DNA of 64,000 nt from Acidobacteriota bacterium (GCA_965209055.1 OZ242374.1:1824001-1888000); one strand, 5' to 3'. Shown: positions 9,329 to 19,784, counted from the first letter of the stretch. Notes: a model not told the origin generated them from the letters alone. Made by a program: numbers and translations.

Positions 9329-9990
9329 GGCTTGTTCTCCGTCACCAGAGCCCGGTCCGCCTGGAGATACGTGATGACGATGCCCATGGGGTTCGTCACG
9401 ACCAGGTCGGGCGGGATCTCGGCAAGAAACACGAACTTGAGCGACAGCGACCAGCGCTGCCGCTCGACCTCCTGCTCGCGGGTGGTGTGCACTAACTCGA
9501 AGTCGGCCGTCCCGCTGTGCGGTTCCTCCGGGTGGGCGTGAAGCCGCAAGACGACGTTCTCCACCCGGACCTGCCGGGACTCGACACCGGCCGCCACTCG
9601 GGCGATCTGCTCGCTCTCGGCCTCGAAGGCCGCATTGGCCAGATCGGTGGTCAGGAACCGCAGGCTGCGGGTCCAGTGCTGCTCGACGGTGGCCCGCTGC
9701 CGCGAGTAGAAGTCGTGGATGAAGCGGTTCAGAAAATACTTGGTGGTGGGATCCAGCGGATCGGCCTGGGCTTGAACGGCCTCGTAGGCCAGGGCCTCGG
9801 CCCGTCCTACGTCATCCACCCGGATCACAATCGGTTTGGGAGGATCCAGAGTCCCGAGCCGCAAGGCGAGGATGGCCAGCAACAGGGCCGTCACACCGAG
9901 CGCGGCGGAAAGCAAACGCAGATGCCGGTTGGAGTGAATGGTCTCTCCCCAGATCTCCGCGTACTCCCGTCCGGCGTCCTTGGTGCTCAT
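9325..9990 (-). CDS. virB8: VirB8/TrbF-family protein
   Basis: Single TM, PIVIRVDDVG, KYFLNRF, NPMGIVITY. Confidence 0.85.
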   Translation of the reverse strand: MSTKDAGREYAEIWGETIHSNRHLRLLSAALGVTALLLAILALRLGTLDPPKPIVIRVDDVGRAEALAYEAVQAQADPLDPTTKYFLNRFIHDFYSRQRATVEQHWTRSLRFLTTDLANAAFEAESEQIARVAAGVESRQVRVENVVLRLHAHPEEPHSGTADFELVHTTREQEVERQRWSLSLKFVFLAEIPPDLVVTNPMGIVITYLQADRALVTENKP

Positions 9991-10964
9991 TACTTTCCTC
10001 CCTTGAGAGAACCGGCGACGCGGCCGGCTCCCACGAGCATGGCGGCCGTGCCCATCAGGCCCGCTCCAGCGCTTCCCGCTCCGGAGACCAGAAGCGAGGC
10101 GATCTCGCCGACCTTGAATGCCGCCAGGATTCCGGCCACCAGAAGCGGCATGAGCAAAAGCACCCACATGCTCAGCTGCTGCAGGTCCGAAATGTTAAAG
10201 CCCGCCGACATCAGGGTGGACAGGAACGTCAGCGAGACGCTGAGGAAGACGCGCAGGATCACCGCAGCCACGACGCCGTAGAGCGAATAGACCACCAGCG
10301 CCCGGAACCAACCCCAGAACAGAAAGGCCATCGGCTCGAACAACAGCCAGGGAATCATCAGGGGGCCGACGAGAATGACGATCGCCACCGCCACGTGCGC
10401 CCAGATCACCTGGGCATAGGTGAGGGCGAACAATGCCAACAGGAGCAGCAGCAGCGCCCAAATGAGGAACGTGCCCACATAGAATTTGAGGTAATAGCCG
10501 GCTCCCGACCACAGGAGCCCGGCCACGTTCAGGTTCCGGACGTGGTCCGTGAAGGTGGCGTGGACCTGCTCGAATATCCGGCTGAACGCTTCTTGCGTCG
10601 CTCGGACCATGTCGGTCATCATCAGGCCCATCATCCAGTTGCCCTGGGCCACCACCGCCTGCGGGAAGGTCCAAGTCGTGCCGGGAATCGTCTGGTAGTA
10701 GAAGGTGAGCAGAGTGCCGGGGATGGCCAGCGCCATCACCAGCCGGACCCACTCCCCGGGTGAGACCGTGCCGCTGAGCGCCGTCTTCACGCCGCTCCAC
10801 ACGACCATGACCGCGCCCATGCCTCGCCAGAGGCTCACTCCCGCCCGGTGCACCTCGGGCGCGACGTTACGGGTGATATCGGCCAGGACCTGATCCAGAA
10901 AGGGCTTGAAGTCCTGAAGAGAATCGGCCGGCACCGTGGCCGGTAGCGAAGGATCGATCTGCAT
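9990..10964 (-). CDS. virB6: VirB6/TrbL-family polytopic membrane protein
   Basis: Multiple TMs, GPLMIPWLLFEP..FLFWGWFR; operon position. Confidence 0.85.
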   Translation of the reverse strand: MQIDPSLPATVPADSLQDFKPFLDQVLADITRNVAPEVHRAGVSLWRGMGAVMVVWSGVKTALSGTVSPGEWVRLVMALAIPGTLLTFYYQTIPGTTWTFPQAVVAQGNWMMGLMMTDMVRATQEAFSRIFEQVHATFTDHVRNLNVAGLLWSGAGYYLKFYVGTFLIWALLLLLLALFALTYAQVIWAHVAVAIVILVGPLMIPWLLFEPMAFLFWGWFRALVVYSLYGVVAAVILRVFLSVSLTFLSTLMSAGFNISDLQQLSMWVLLLMPLLVAGILAAFKVGEIASLLVSGAGSAGAGLMGTAAMLVGAGRVAGSLKGGK

Positions 10965-11857
10965 CACGGGGTCCCCGGTGGATGGAAGGTGAAGAACATG
11001 CCGTCGCGGTAGGAGACGCCGCTGGCGGCAATGGCGGCCCGGTGGGCCGCGAAGTTCGTTTTCGCCCGCTGCATTTCCTCGGCCCAATCGGCCTCCCATC
11101 GGCGCCGGGCGATCTCGTCCTCGTAGCGCTCGGCCGTAGCCCGCGCTGCCTGGTGGGCGAGCAGTTGGGCGATGCCGGCCAGCAGTTCCCCTTGAGTGGC
11201 CCCGGCCGCGAGTTGCTTTTGACCCAGCGCGGTCCGGGACCGGTTGGAGTCGTTGCGCAGCTTATCCAGCGAGTCCTGGGCCGTATTGACGGCGTCACTC
11301 AAGTGGGCGGCCGAGTCGGCCAGCGCGTGATCCATCACCAGTTTCTTGTCGGCCCGTTCGCGCTGCCGCTCGAAGTCGTTCACGGACCGGGCGATCACGT
11401 CGGGCGGTTGGTCCGCCAGCAGGCGCGCCAAGTCTCGATCCGTGAGCTGGTCGGCGTCTCGCAAGGCTCGTTGCCAGGTTCTCCGGACGGAGCGTCCACG
11501 CCGGCCCATTTGCCGAACGCCCTCGACGATCCGCCGGGCCTCCCCGTGAAAGTCCCCGGCCCAGTCGATCCGGTCGCTGACGCGGCGGGCCGGAGGGGAG
11601 ATCAGGTCCGAGAAGGAATCCCGCAGGGCGCCGATCTGCCCGAGCGTGGCTTCTTTCATGTGCTCGTACTGGTTGCGCAACTCGGTGATCTGATCGGTGT
11701 ATTTGCGGATGGAGGTGAGCTGATGGCGGATCTGGGTGAGTTGGTTGGCGATAATCGTGGCCCGCTGGATCACCCCCGCGACGATGGCATGGGCCGGCGT
11801 GGTGGAGACGGTCACGACGAGCGCGAGCGCCAACAGCAGAATCAGTGTTTTCTTCAT
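10964..11857 (-). CDS. VirB5/TrbJ-like exported helical protein
   Basis: Signal peptide (..PAHA), Gln-rich coiled N-terminus, directly upstream of virB6. Confidence 0.65.
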   Translation of the reverse strand: MKKTLILLLALALVVTVSTTPAHAIVAGVIQRATIIANQLTQIRHQLTSIRKYTDQITELRNQYEHMKEATLGQIGALRDSFSDLISPPARRVSDRIDWAGDFHGEARRIVEGVRQMGRRGRSVRRTWQRALRDADQLTDRDLARLLADQPPDVIARSVNDFERQRERADKKLVMDHALADSAAHLSDAVNTAQDSLDKLRNDSNRSRTALGQKQLAAGATQGELLAGIAQLLAHQAARATAERYEDEIARRRWEADWAEEMQRAKTNFAAHRAAIAASGVSYRDGMFFTFHPPGTP

Positions 11858-13221
11858 GGGGTCATGGTCCTTTCCGTGGGCCGGGGCACCAGGACATCCG
11901 ATGTGAACCAGATGCGAAGCCGGTGCCCGGCCCGGATGGTGATGTTGGGAAAGCGATTGAGAAACCGCTCGAGGATCCGCGTGGAGGCCGTCCCCAGGCC
12001 CTGACCGGCGCCGGCGCGGAACGCGGGCATCCCGCCGGCGTAAGGGTGGCTCCCCCGAAGCGTCAGTCCGGCCAACACCCCGACGGCTCCCGCAGCGGCG
12101 AACATCGAGAGGTAATGGCGATCGACCTTGTCTTTGAGGGCGGACTCGCCCACCTGGTTGAGGCCGGCGAACTCCAGGTCGATCCAGTGGCCGGAGGGCA
12201 GGAGCAGACGGTGGAAGCTCACCGCCAATCGGGACTGGTCCTGATGGGCTACCGCCCGGGCTGTACCGACCGCGCGCGATCCCCGTGGGATCAGGACGCG
12301 CTGGCGGTCCCGGGAGTAGAAGGGTACGGACACCTGAGCCAGCACGGGACCGGGAAAGTCGCCGGAGAGCTGGGTCACGAGCACCGCTTCCAGAAACGAG
12401 CCCTCCGGGATGCGCTCGAATCCTTCCGGGTCGTGAGGAGCGGACATACGCTCCGGCTCCCGCTTCTTGGGCCGGTCCGGACCTGCCGTACCCGCCTGTG
12501 GCCGATCCGTTGGTGTCGCGCCGACCAGTTTCTCTTCCACCTCTTGCAGGGCGACTTGCGTGGCCGTCTGCGCCAAGGCTTGGAGCCGGTCGAGTTGCTC
12601 GGTCAGATCATTCGAGTTTGCCGCCGGGGTCGATGAGCCCTCTGAGAGTTGGCGACTGGGAGTTTCCGATTGCTCGACCGGCCGTGTCCGACTCTCTGGC
12701 GCCACCTTGCCTTCCGAGTCGCGGTAGGAGTGCGCTACGGCTTGTGTGCGCAACGAATCGTGCCGGCGGCGAAGGTCCTCCAGCCGCAGTTGCTCGCGCA
12801 ACTGAAGCTCTGCCTCAGACGGTGGCAGTGAAGGCTCTCCGCTTTGATCCGGCGACAAGGGAAGGGCCGCTCCCGCGCCCGTCATGGAAGGACGCCCCGC
12901 CATCTCTCCTCGCTCGGCTTCGGCCGCGGCTAGGCGTTCCCGCTCCCGGAGCTCCTGCCGGGCCTCCAGCGCCCGCCGCTGCTGCTCCCGGTCGGCCATC
13001 TCGTTCAGCCGCGCTCCGGCCCTCTGCTGGAGGGCCTGGTTCGCCGGTTGTGCCGGCGCATCCCCGGCTTCCTCCTCGCCGCCTCCGGTGAAGGATTGGC
13101 TGAGAATCAGCAGGCCGCACAACAGTGCCAGCACGACGACGCCGATCCGCGTCAGAAGTGCGGCGGGGACCGCGCCGGCGGGCTTCGCATACAGTCTTCG
13201 CCAGTGACTCATCCGGGTCAT
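11854..13221 (-). CDS. virB10: VirB10/TrbI-family core complex protein
   Basis: TM + coiled coil, EGSFLEAVL, LIPRGSR, GESALKDKVDRHY, PNITIRAGHR. Confidence 0.9.
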   Translation of the reverse strand: MTRMSHWRRLYAKPAGAVPAALLTRIGVVVLALLCGLLILSQSFTGGGEEEAGDAPAQPANQALQQRAGARLNEMADREQQRRALEARQELRERERLAAAEAERGEMAGRPSMTGAGAALPLSPDQSGEPSLPPSEAELQLREQLRLEDLRRRHDSLRTQAVAHSYRDSEGKVAPESRTRPVEQSETPSRQLSEGSSTPAANSNDLTEQLDRLQALAQTATQVALQEVEEKLVGATPTDRPQAGTAGPDRPKKREPERMSAPHDPEGFERIPEGSFLEAVLVTQLSGDFPGPVLAQVSVPFYSRDRQRVLIPRGSRAVGTARAVAHQDQSRLAVSFHRLLLPSGHWIDLEFAGLNQVGESALKDKVDRHYLSMFAAAGAVGVLAGLTLRGSHPYAGGMPAFRAGAGQGLGTASTRILERFLNRFPNITIRAGHRLRIWFTSDVLVPRPTERTMTP

Positions 13222-14060
13222 CTCCTTGCGTCCTTGGGATCGAAGCGCCAGCGGGCCTTTTTCTTGCCGATCTGAAGCCACCCGTCGCCCACGACGTGCC
13301 GGACGATGTAAAGACCTTCGGCCGTGAGGTCGTAGGCCACCAGGCTGGGACGGCCGTCCTTGAGTTCATAGAGGGCGGGAGACTCCTGGGCGCCGGAGCG
13401 CAGGTAGGTGAAGCGCCCGTCGTGCCACATGGCCTCGACCAGGAACGGCCACTTCCGGGCGTTCTTGTCCAGCTTGTACGGAAACGCCAGTTCTTCCGGA
13501 TACTCGGAGCGGAACCGGTCCACCTCGGCTTGAGCTTGCTCTTTGGCTTCGCCGACGCGGGTGTCGGCCTCCGCCTGGACGCTTCGGACCGCCTCGGACG
13601 CCTGCCGGGCCATCTCCCGGTAGCCTTCGACCTCGCTTCGGGCCACGAAGGCGGGTTGGTGCTTTTCAGAGGAAGTCAGCGCGTTCTCCTCTTCCCTTGC
13701 TTCCCGGTCGACTCGAACCACCAGGTGAGGCGTCCCGCCCTCGGTCACCAGGAAGGAGTAGATCCGTCCACTCGCGCAAACCAGCGCGACATTGGTCCGG
13801 ACGCCTTCGGCCAAGGGTTTGACGTAAGCGAGATTGGCCGCACCGCTCAGGTGCCAGTAGCCGGCATCGCCCACCACGAAGTCGAGGATCTTCTCCTCGG
13901 ACGGCAGAACTAGCACCGTGGTATGCCGGACGCGGGTCCAGACTTCGATGATCTGGTCCTCCTGTTCGGGGATGGTGAGGACACCCTCCCCGGCAAGAAC
14001 CACAGCAACGCTGAGAAGCCACACCGGAACGGCGGTGCTTCGACGTGTGAAAAGACTCAT
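13218..14060 (-). CDS. virB9: VirB9/TrbG-family protein
   Basis: Signal peptide, HTTVLVLP..E.I..FVVGD, YVKP, WHDGRFTY, PALYE. Confidence 0.9.
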   Translation of the reverse strand: MSLFTRRSTAVPVWLLSVAVVLAGEGVLTIPEQEDQIIEVWTRVRHTTVLVLPSEEKILDFVVGDAGYWHLSGAANLAYVKPLAEGVRTNVALVCASGRIYSFLVTEGGTPHLVVRVDREAREEENALTSSEKHQPAFVARSEVEGYREMARQASEAVRSVQAEADTRVGEAKEQAQAEVDRFRSEYPEELAFPYKLDKNARKWPFLVEAMWHDGRFTYLRSGAQESPALYELKDGRPSLVAYDLTAEGLYIVRHVVGDGWLQIGKKKARWRFDPKDARR

Positions 14061-16480
14061 GGCATTCCTCCAGCAAGTAACTCGATGGCCTTCTCCAGGC
14101 CGTATCGCTCAACCGTCCTGGCTCTTCTTTCCGCCTCCCGTGGCGAGGACGTGTAAAGCCAGTAGCTCTCCGGATCGACCTCCAGCCGCAGGACGCCCGC
14201 CGCATCGGGCCGCCGCAGATAGATCTCCCGCTTCGGGACCAGTTCCCGGACCAGCTCCACCTCCCGGTCGTTCAGGCGAAACATCTCCCCGGCAGCCTCC
14301 GGCAAGTCTGGGTTGGCCAAAAACAGCTTCGTGGGCATGGACTCCAGCAATGCTTCGGCTCCACTGGTTCCGGTGACGTCGACCGCCGACTGCGTGGCCA
14401 GGACCAGCGCGGCGTTCTTCTTCCTCCAGGTCTTGGCCGCCTCGGCCAGATAGGCCAGGACGGAACGGTCGCGCAGGTACCGCCACGCCTCGTCCACTAC
14501 CATGAGCTTGACCCGAGCCGTCTCGGCGGGGTCTTCCAGCGCCAGGCGCATCCGCTCCAGCAGATAGAAGAGCGCTGCCTCGCACAGGTCGTCGTGCTCG
14601 GCCGCTCCCGCCAGGTCGATCACCTGCCAGTCGGTCAGCTTCAGGTCTACTCCGGTGGCCGGGTGGTCGAAGAACCGGCTCCAGGCGCCCTCCCCGTGCC
14701 AGCGCGAGAGCGCCGGCCACATCTTCGAGGGCAAGGCTCGAACCAGCGTGCCCAAGGTTCGCCGCTCGGCCGGAAAGGCGTAGACGTCCTCCACCCGGTC
14801 GCGGATCTCACTGGTGTCCTCTCCGGTAACTTCCCAACCGCCGATTCGCAACAACCGGGCGATCCAGCCCGTAAGAAACTGGACGGACCGCTCCGTGGCC
14901 GGCAGGGAGAAGGGCCGCAGCCGGACCCCCGATCCGCCCGTCTTCTCCGGGGACAACTCCAGGTAGCCTCCTCCCAGAAAACTCGTCAGCCAGCGGTACG
15001 AACCGCCCAGATCGAGAATCAGGACTCGTGGGTTGTACTGAAGTGCGGACACCAGCAGAAAGTTGAGAAGGAAGCTCTTTCCGCTCCCCGTGGCCCCCAG
15101 CACCAAGGTGTGGCCGACGTCTCCCGCGAACAGGTCGTAGTGGTAGGGGGTCTTCCAACGCGTTTCCAGGACGGCCAGCGAGGGGCGAGCGAGGTGTTGG
15201 CTCTGTGGGTTCCCCATGGGGGGACCGAAAATCGGAGCGAGGCACGCGGCCAGCCCGGCCGAGACGAAGACCGACCGGACCTGCCGCGAGCGGGGTTGCG
15301 CCGGAAGTCTCCCGAACCACACCGGGAGCTGGCCGTAGCCCTCTCGGATGACCTTGGCGTCGTGGGCGTTGAAAGTCCGTCGGATCTCTCCATCCAGCCG
15401 CTCGATCTTCTCCAGTCTTCCGTGCAGAGTGAGGGTGAGTGAGACGGAGCCGTAGCCGATCCCGTCGGTCTCCAGTTCGACGAGCGCGTCCCCGAGCCGG
15501 CCGACTTCCGCTTCGGCGGCCGAGTCCACCAGGGCGCCCGCCGTGCCTTCCTTCTCCTGCACGTGGGCCATCATCGAGTAGCGCTTCGAGAAATAATGGC
15601 GCTGGGCGGAGCGGACCTTGCGGCGCGACGCTTCCGTCCCCCACTTCCGCCACTCCAGGCTCACCGTCATGACGGCGTCCAGACGGTAGAGGTCGGACAA
15701 CAGGTTGGCCGTTGCCTCCACGGGAGGCGAGAGCAGCGAGTAGACGATCACGGGCTCCCCGTCCAGGCGCAGGTGGCGCCGCTCCGCCTCCAGTTCCGAG
15801 AGGGCCAGCCTCCAGTTGAGGCCGCTCCCGGTCGATCCGTCCCAGGGAGTGCCGGGGCGGTTGATCAGTTCCGAGAGCACCCGTGAGGCCTCCAGGGGCT
15901 GGAGGATCTCGATGGGGGTCACGTCGTCCACCAGCGTGCGTGAGGCGTCCACCCTCTGGCGAAACCGCCGGGCTGCGGCTTGGATGGCCGAGTGCAGATA
16001 GATACTCTCGTGGGAACGCCTCCTTCGGGTCAGCCAGCGACGGACGTGGGAAGTCCATCCGCTACCCGCGTGGGAAGCGGCGGCGGATCTCAACCGGGGA
16101 TCGGTCGCCCAGGCGACATAGGTGTCCAGTTCCGAAACCCGATCGGTCAGATGCGCGCATCGCCGCTGCCGGGAGAAACCGACAACCGAATCGGCATCCT
16201 CTTGAGCCGCTCTCAATCGGCTGGGGCGGCGCAGGAGGTGGAAGTAGAGTCGGGTGCGCTCGTCCAGGTTCGAGAGCGCCCGCTGCCAGCGATCCGACAC
16301 CCGGTCGAGTTGACCGGGCGTGCGCCCGTCCACCACTGCCGGCCGGAGTCGTCCCAATGTGAGCAACTGGCCGCTTCGCGTCAGACAGGTCCGTCCGTCC
16401 GGCAGCCATCCCCAGTAGGGGAGCTCCTCGGCCAGCGAGCCTGCGGCTTCGTACTCTTGAGCTTCTTCAACCAGCTTCAT
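14057..16480 (-). CDS. virB4: VirB4-family ATPase
   Basis: GHTLVLGATGSGKSF, VVDEAW, WRKKNA..LATQS; start MKLVEE overlaps virB3 stop. Confidence 0.92.
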   Translation of the reverse strand: MKLVEEAQEYEAAGSLAEELPYWGWLPDGRTCLTRSGQLLTLGRLRPAVVDGRTPGQLDRVSDRWQRALSNLDERTRLYFHLLRRPSRLRAAQEDADSVVGFSRQRRCAHLTDRVSELDTYVAWATDPRLRSAAASHAGSGWTSHVRRWLTRRRRSHESIYLHSAIQAAARRFRQRVDASRTLVDDVTPIEILQPLEASRVLSELINRPGTPWDGSTGSGLNWRLALSELEAERRHLRLDGEPVIVYSLLSPPVEATANLLSDLYRLDAVMTVSLEWRKWGTEASRRKVRSAQRHYFSKRYSMMAHVQEKEGTAGALVDSAAEAEVGRLGDALVELETDGIGYGSVSLTLTLHGRLEKIERLDGEIRRTFNAHDAKVIREGYGQLPVWFGRLPAQPRSRQVRSVFVSAGLAACLAPIFGPPMGNPQSQHLARPSLAVLETRWKTPYHYDLFAGDVGHTLVLGATGSGKSFLLNFLLVSALQYNPRVLILDLGGSYRWLTSFLGGGYLELSPEKTGGSGVRLRPFSLPATERSVQFLTGWIARLLRIGGWEVTGEDTSEIRDRVEDVYAFPAERRTLGTLVRALPSKMWPALSRWHGEGAWSRFFDHPATGVDLKLTDWQVIDLAGAAEHDDLCEAALFYLLERMRLALEDPAETARVKLMVVDEAWRYLRDRSVLAYLAEAAKTWRKKNAALVLATQSAVDVTGTSGAEALLESMPTKLFLANPDLPEAAGEMFRLNDREVELVRELVPKREIYLRRPDAAGVLRLEVDPESYWLYTSSPREAERRARTVERYGLEKAIELLAGGMP

Positions 16481-16776
16481 CGTCGGATGAGCACACACCA
16501 GGGTGGCTCCCCCCACTTGCCGGGATCGTAACGGGCCTTGAAACGCGTCGATGCGCGCAGGATCGCCAGCATGTCCGGGTCCTGGCGCCAGGCCAGATAG
16601 CCGGCTACGTAGAGCGCCGCGAAGACCAGCCCGGCCGAGAGCAGCGAGTTGATCGTGTTCCAGAGCGCCACGGCCAGCGTCGCGCTCAGCAGAAACCACC
16701 GTCGTTCCACCCCCAGGATCGTCAGCGGGCGGCTCAGCGCCGGATGCCCGCGCCACGGTTTTCGTCCTCGCGTCAT
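16477..16776 (-). CDS. virB3: VirB3-family protein
   Basis: ALSRPLTILGVER, two TMs, DP motif. Confidence 0.85.
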   Translation of the reverse strand: MTRGRKPWRGHPALSRPLTILGVERRWFLLSATLAVALWNTINSLLSAGLVFAALYVAGYLAWRQDPDMLAILRASTRFKARYDPGKWGEPPWCVLIRR

Positions 16777-17063
16777 CAGAACAGCCAGTTCATGAAGTTC
16801 ACGGCCCCGATGGCCATGCCGACGCCGAAGATGATGCCGGCCAGCGCACGCTTCGAGCCTCCTTCGCCGAAGGCGAACATCAACCCTCCGATCACGACTG
16901 CCACCAGCGAGAGTCCCCATGCGATCGGTCCCGTGAACGTGGTCTCCAGCACGTTGACCGCATCTACCCAGGGACTCGTCCCCTGTCCCAGAACGACGGT
17001 CTGGAACAACAGCCAGAGGCCACTCAGGCAGGTGGCGTTTCGAGAAATCAAGTAACGTTGCAT
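16776..17063 (-). CDS. virB2: VirB2/TrbC pilin
   Basis: Signal region, SPW...FTGPIA, two hydrophobic helices; AGGAGG RBS. Confidence 0.85.
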   Translation of the reverse strand: MQRYLISRNATCLSGLWLLFQTVVLGQGTSPWVDAVNVLETTFTGPIAWGLSLVAVVIGGLMFAFGEGGSKRALAGIIFGVGMAIGAVNFMNWLF

Positions 17064-17167
17064 CGTCTTCTTCCCTCCTTGAATGAATTCCGGGTCATTC
17101 AACCGAGACCCGTTGGCGCGGCAGTTCCGACCCCTTTTCTCCAACTCGTCTCCGGCCGATGAAGCCA

Positions 17168-17292
17168 AACCGGTTCCCGCACGCGCGTGTCTACAAATGC
17201 ATTCGGGAACCGGTGTGTTTTTCACGGCTTATCTGCTTGAAGGGATTGACGTTGAACCGGTTCCCGTTTGGTCTGGGAAACGGGAACCGGTT
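17168..17292. repeat. Four iteron-like copies of ACCGGTTCCCG arranged as two inverted pairs (candidate replication origin)
   Basis: 17168-17179/17204-17214 and perfect 15-bp IR 17255-17269/17278-17292 at the 3' end of the primase-helicase gene. Confidence 0.65.
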
Positions 17293-19327
17293 TTCGGGGC
17301 TCTTCTGCGCTCCCGCTTGACCCGGAAACTTCACCGCCGATGAGACTCCACAGCACCTTCTGCTTCCCCTTCTCGTGCCGCTGCAAACGCCCTTGTCCGG
17401 CCAACTCCTTCAACACGCTGGCGATGGTGTCGTTCTTGCCCTCGACGTTGTCTCTCAAATCTCGGGTGGAGATCTCTTCTCCTGCGTGCGCCTCCAGGTA
17501 GGCTCGGATGTCCTCTTTGATACGATCCCGGGCCGCCTCTGTTCTCGCTTGGTTTCGCTCCTTCCGATCCTTTCTTCTCACCTGCTCTCTTCTGGCAATG
17601 TTGGCCGCCTCGATCTCTTCAGCCGTTTCTGTTCGCACTTCCCTCCACTGCCAGCCCCCGGCTACGATCGAGAAGGAAAGTGAGCGCCCCAGCGGCCCAA
17701 AGTTGGACTTGGCGTGCGTCATGACGCCCGCCGTTTTTTCCTCCGATTTTGGATCTTTCTGAACCACCAACGCCGAACGCGACGTGGCGACGTAGTCCAC
17801 GCTTCCCTGGATCGTCGCTTGGACTCCGTGGGTGGAACGAGTTCCATTGCTCTTGCGGGTGTGGGTGACGACCAGGATCCCCACGCCGCAATCGGAGGCG
17901 AAACCTGTCAGGGGATTCATCATTTGCCGAACGGAAATGGCCGTGTGCCCATCCACCTCCGCCGGCGTGAAAGCCGTCAGCGTGTCAATGACCACGAGCT
18001 TGTAGCCGTGTGTCTCCACCCCGGCCTTCAAGACCCGCAACAACTCCCCTTGCCTCCCGGCTGCAACCGACAGCCTCCTCAGGGATTTCGCCTCCGGATG
18101 GTGGGGGTCGAGAATCACGATCTCTTTCAAGTCGGCCTTGCAGGCCGCCAACCGCGGAACGATCGTTCTGGCTGCGTCATCCTCCAGGGACAGAATCGCC
18201 GTCTTGACCCTCGCGGTGTCGCGACCGAAAAACGGGGTGAGGCCCCGTGACAAGGACGCCGCCAAGGCCGTGCTCAGGAAGCTCTTTCCGCAGCCAGGAG
18301 CGCCGGCCATCAAGGTCAGCGCCCCGCTGGGCAGATACGGCTCCCAGATCCACTCCACCGGTCGAGGCTTGATCTCATCGGCCCTCACCAGGACCGTCCG
18401 GGCGACTCGTATAAGCCGCCGCTTCTCGTCCTCGTGGATCACTTTCGCTTGACCCAGGTAGTGCTCGACCTCGTCCCATCCCCAGCCATCCATGGCGATG
18501 GCGTCAGCCACGTCCCAGCCCGGTCGTCGGGCGCGTTCCGGATCGATCGAGCGGACCGCTGCCGCTCCGATTCGAGCGAGTCGTTCGGCCAGTTTGACCA
18601 TGCATTCCCGGCCTGTTCGGTCCGCGTCCGGCCACAACGTCACCTCACATCCGCTCAGGCCGTTCCAGCGGGTGCGCAAAACAGCGTTGCTGCCGCCCAT
18701 CCATGACAGGACGTCCGTCTCCTCCGCCAGTCCGGCCAGAGCATCGGCGCACTTCTCCCCTTCGACAATCACAATTGGGACTTCGGCCGACAGCGTCTCC
18801 ACGCGGTAGGGCCAACGCTCATTGGGGGCTCGGTTGGTCCACGTCCCTCCATGCGGTCCAACGGCGCGCAGCGTGTATGGGTCGGCTTTGCGGTCGGGCC
18901 GGTTGGCCGGGAAACGGTAGACGCGTGCGTACTCGTCTCCCGCCGGCGTGCGGTAGCGAAAGCAGGCCTCGTATTGGGTCGGCAGGTGCACCGGTGGCGC
19001 TTTTTTGATCGAACTCGATTGGTGAGAGCGCCGGTGACCGTTCCGTCTGGAGTGAAAACCTCTCTCAGTCCACGCTGTCAACCCGAGGTGCCGGGACTCT
19101 TGAAGAGCTTCCGCCTGGGACAGACCGCGGGTCCATCTCAGCCATTCCACGACGTGGCCGCCTTTGCTGCATCCGTGGCAGTACCACTTCCCCGTCGCCA
19201 CGTTGACCGAACAACTGGGCCTCTGGTCCTCGTGTGCCGGTGAAGGACACGAGCATCTTCGCTCGACGCCGTGGCCTCGACGCAACTCGGGACGGTCCTG
19301 AGAGTACAGACTCAAGTAGGAGGCCAT
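17222..19327 (-). CDS. Primase-helicase (CHC2 Zn finger + Toprim + SF4/AAA_25 helicase + C-terminal wHTH-like region)
   Basis: CPSPAHEDQRPS..WYCHGC, IVEGEKCAD, WPDAD, GAPGCGKS, LVVIDT, VTHTRK, KSNFG. Confidence 0.9.
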   Translation of the reverse strand: MASYLSLYSQDRPELRRGHGVERRCSCPSPAHEDQRPSCSVNVATGKWYCHGCSKGGHVVEWLRWTRGLSQAEALQESRHLGLTAWTERGFHSRRNGHRRSHQSSSIKKAPPVHLPTQYEACFRYRTPAGDEYARVYRFPANRPDRKADPYTLRAVGPHGGTWTNRAPNERWPYRVETLSAEVPIVIVEGEKCADALAGLAEETDVLSWMGGSNAVLRTRWNGLSGCEVTLWPDADRTGRECMVKLAERLARIGAAAVRSIDPERARRPGWDVADAIAMDGWGWDEVEHYLGQAKVIHEDEKRRLIRVARTVLVRADEIKPRPVEWIWEPYLPSGALTLMAGAPGCGKSFLSTALAASLSRGLTPFFGRDTARVKTAILSLEDDAARTIVPRLAACKADLKEIVILDPHHPEAKSLRRLSVAAGRQGELLRVLKAGVETHGYKLVVIDTLTAFTPAEVDGHTAISVRQMMNPLTGFASDCGVGILVVTHTRKSNGTRSTHGVQATIQGSVDYVATSRSALVVQKDPKSEEKTAGVMTHAKSNFGPLGRSLSFSIVAGGWQWREVRTETAEEIEAANIARREQVRRKDRKERNQARTEAARDRIKEDIRAYLEAHAGEEISTRDLRDNVEGKNDTIASVLKELAGQGRLQRHEKGKQKVLWSLIGGEVSGSSGSAEEPRKPVPVSQTKREPVQRQSLQADKP

Positions 19328-19573
19328 CTATCCCGACTTTTCTCCTCGAACCTGAGTTTGGCGGCTGGCCTCGATCATTCGGTTCAGCCAGTCGTTCACC
19401 TCCGACTCCACCCAGCCGACCGCCCGCTCTCCCAACGAGATGGGCTTGGGGAACCGGCCTTGAGACATGCGCAGGTAGATGCTGCTGCGGGACAACCCGG
19501 TCCGTCTCCGGACCGCCGGAAGTCTCAGGATTCGGGGCGACACGCTCGAACCATGCTCAATGTTCTTGTTCAT
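19328..19573 (-). CDS. alpA: AlpA-family transcriptional regulator / excision factor
   Basis: RILRLPAVRRRTGLSRSSIY...FPKPISLGERAVGWVESEVNDW. Confidence 0.93.
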   Translation of the reverse strand: MNKNIEHGSSVSPRILRLPAVRRRTGLSRSSIYLRMSQGRFPKPISLGERAVGWVESEVNDWLNRMIEASRQTQVRGEKSG

Positions 19574-19595
19574 CAGAACTTGAGCCTAGCTGGGC

Positions 19596-19779
19596 AAGTT
19601 GGGCGATTAAAGCGCAAAAAATGCGCTGGTCGATTTTCGTAACTTCATTGAGATCAGTAGGTTACGGAAAGTGGAAGCGGACACAAAGATCCGTCGGCCG
19701 CAACGCGCGATCTTGGTAAGGGGTTTAGAATGAATGAGTTGCGGCTGGACAAGTTGGGCGGAAAAATTCCGCCCAACTT
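19596..19779. promoter_or_regulatory. Palindrome-rich control region upstream of alpA
   Basis: Perfect IR aagttgggcggaa-aaa-ttccgcccaactt (19751-19779), another aagttgggcg at 19596-19605, imperfect palindrome 19635-19670. Confidence 0.55.
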
Positions 19780-19784
19780 TTTTC

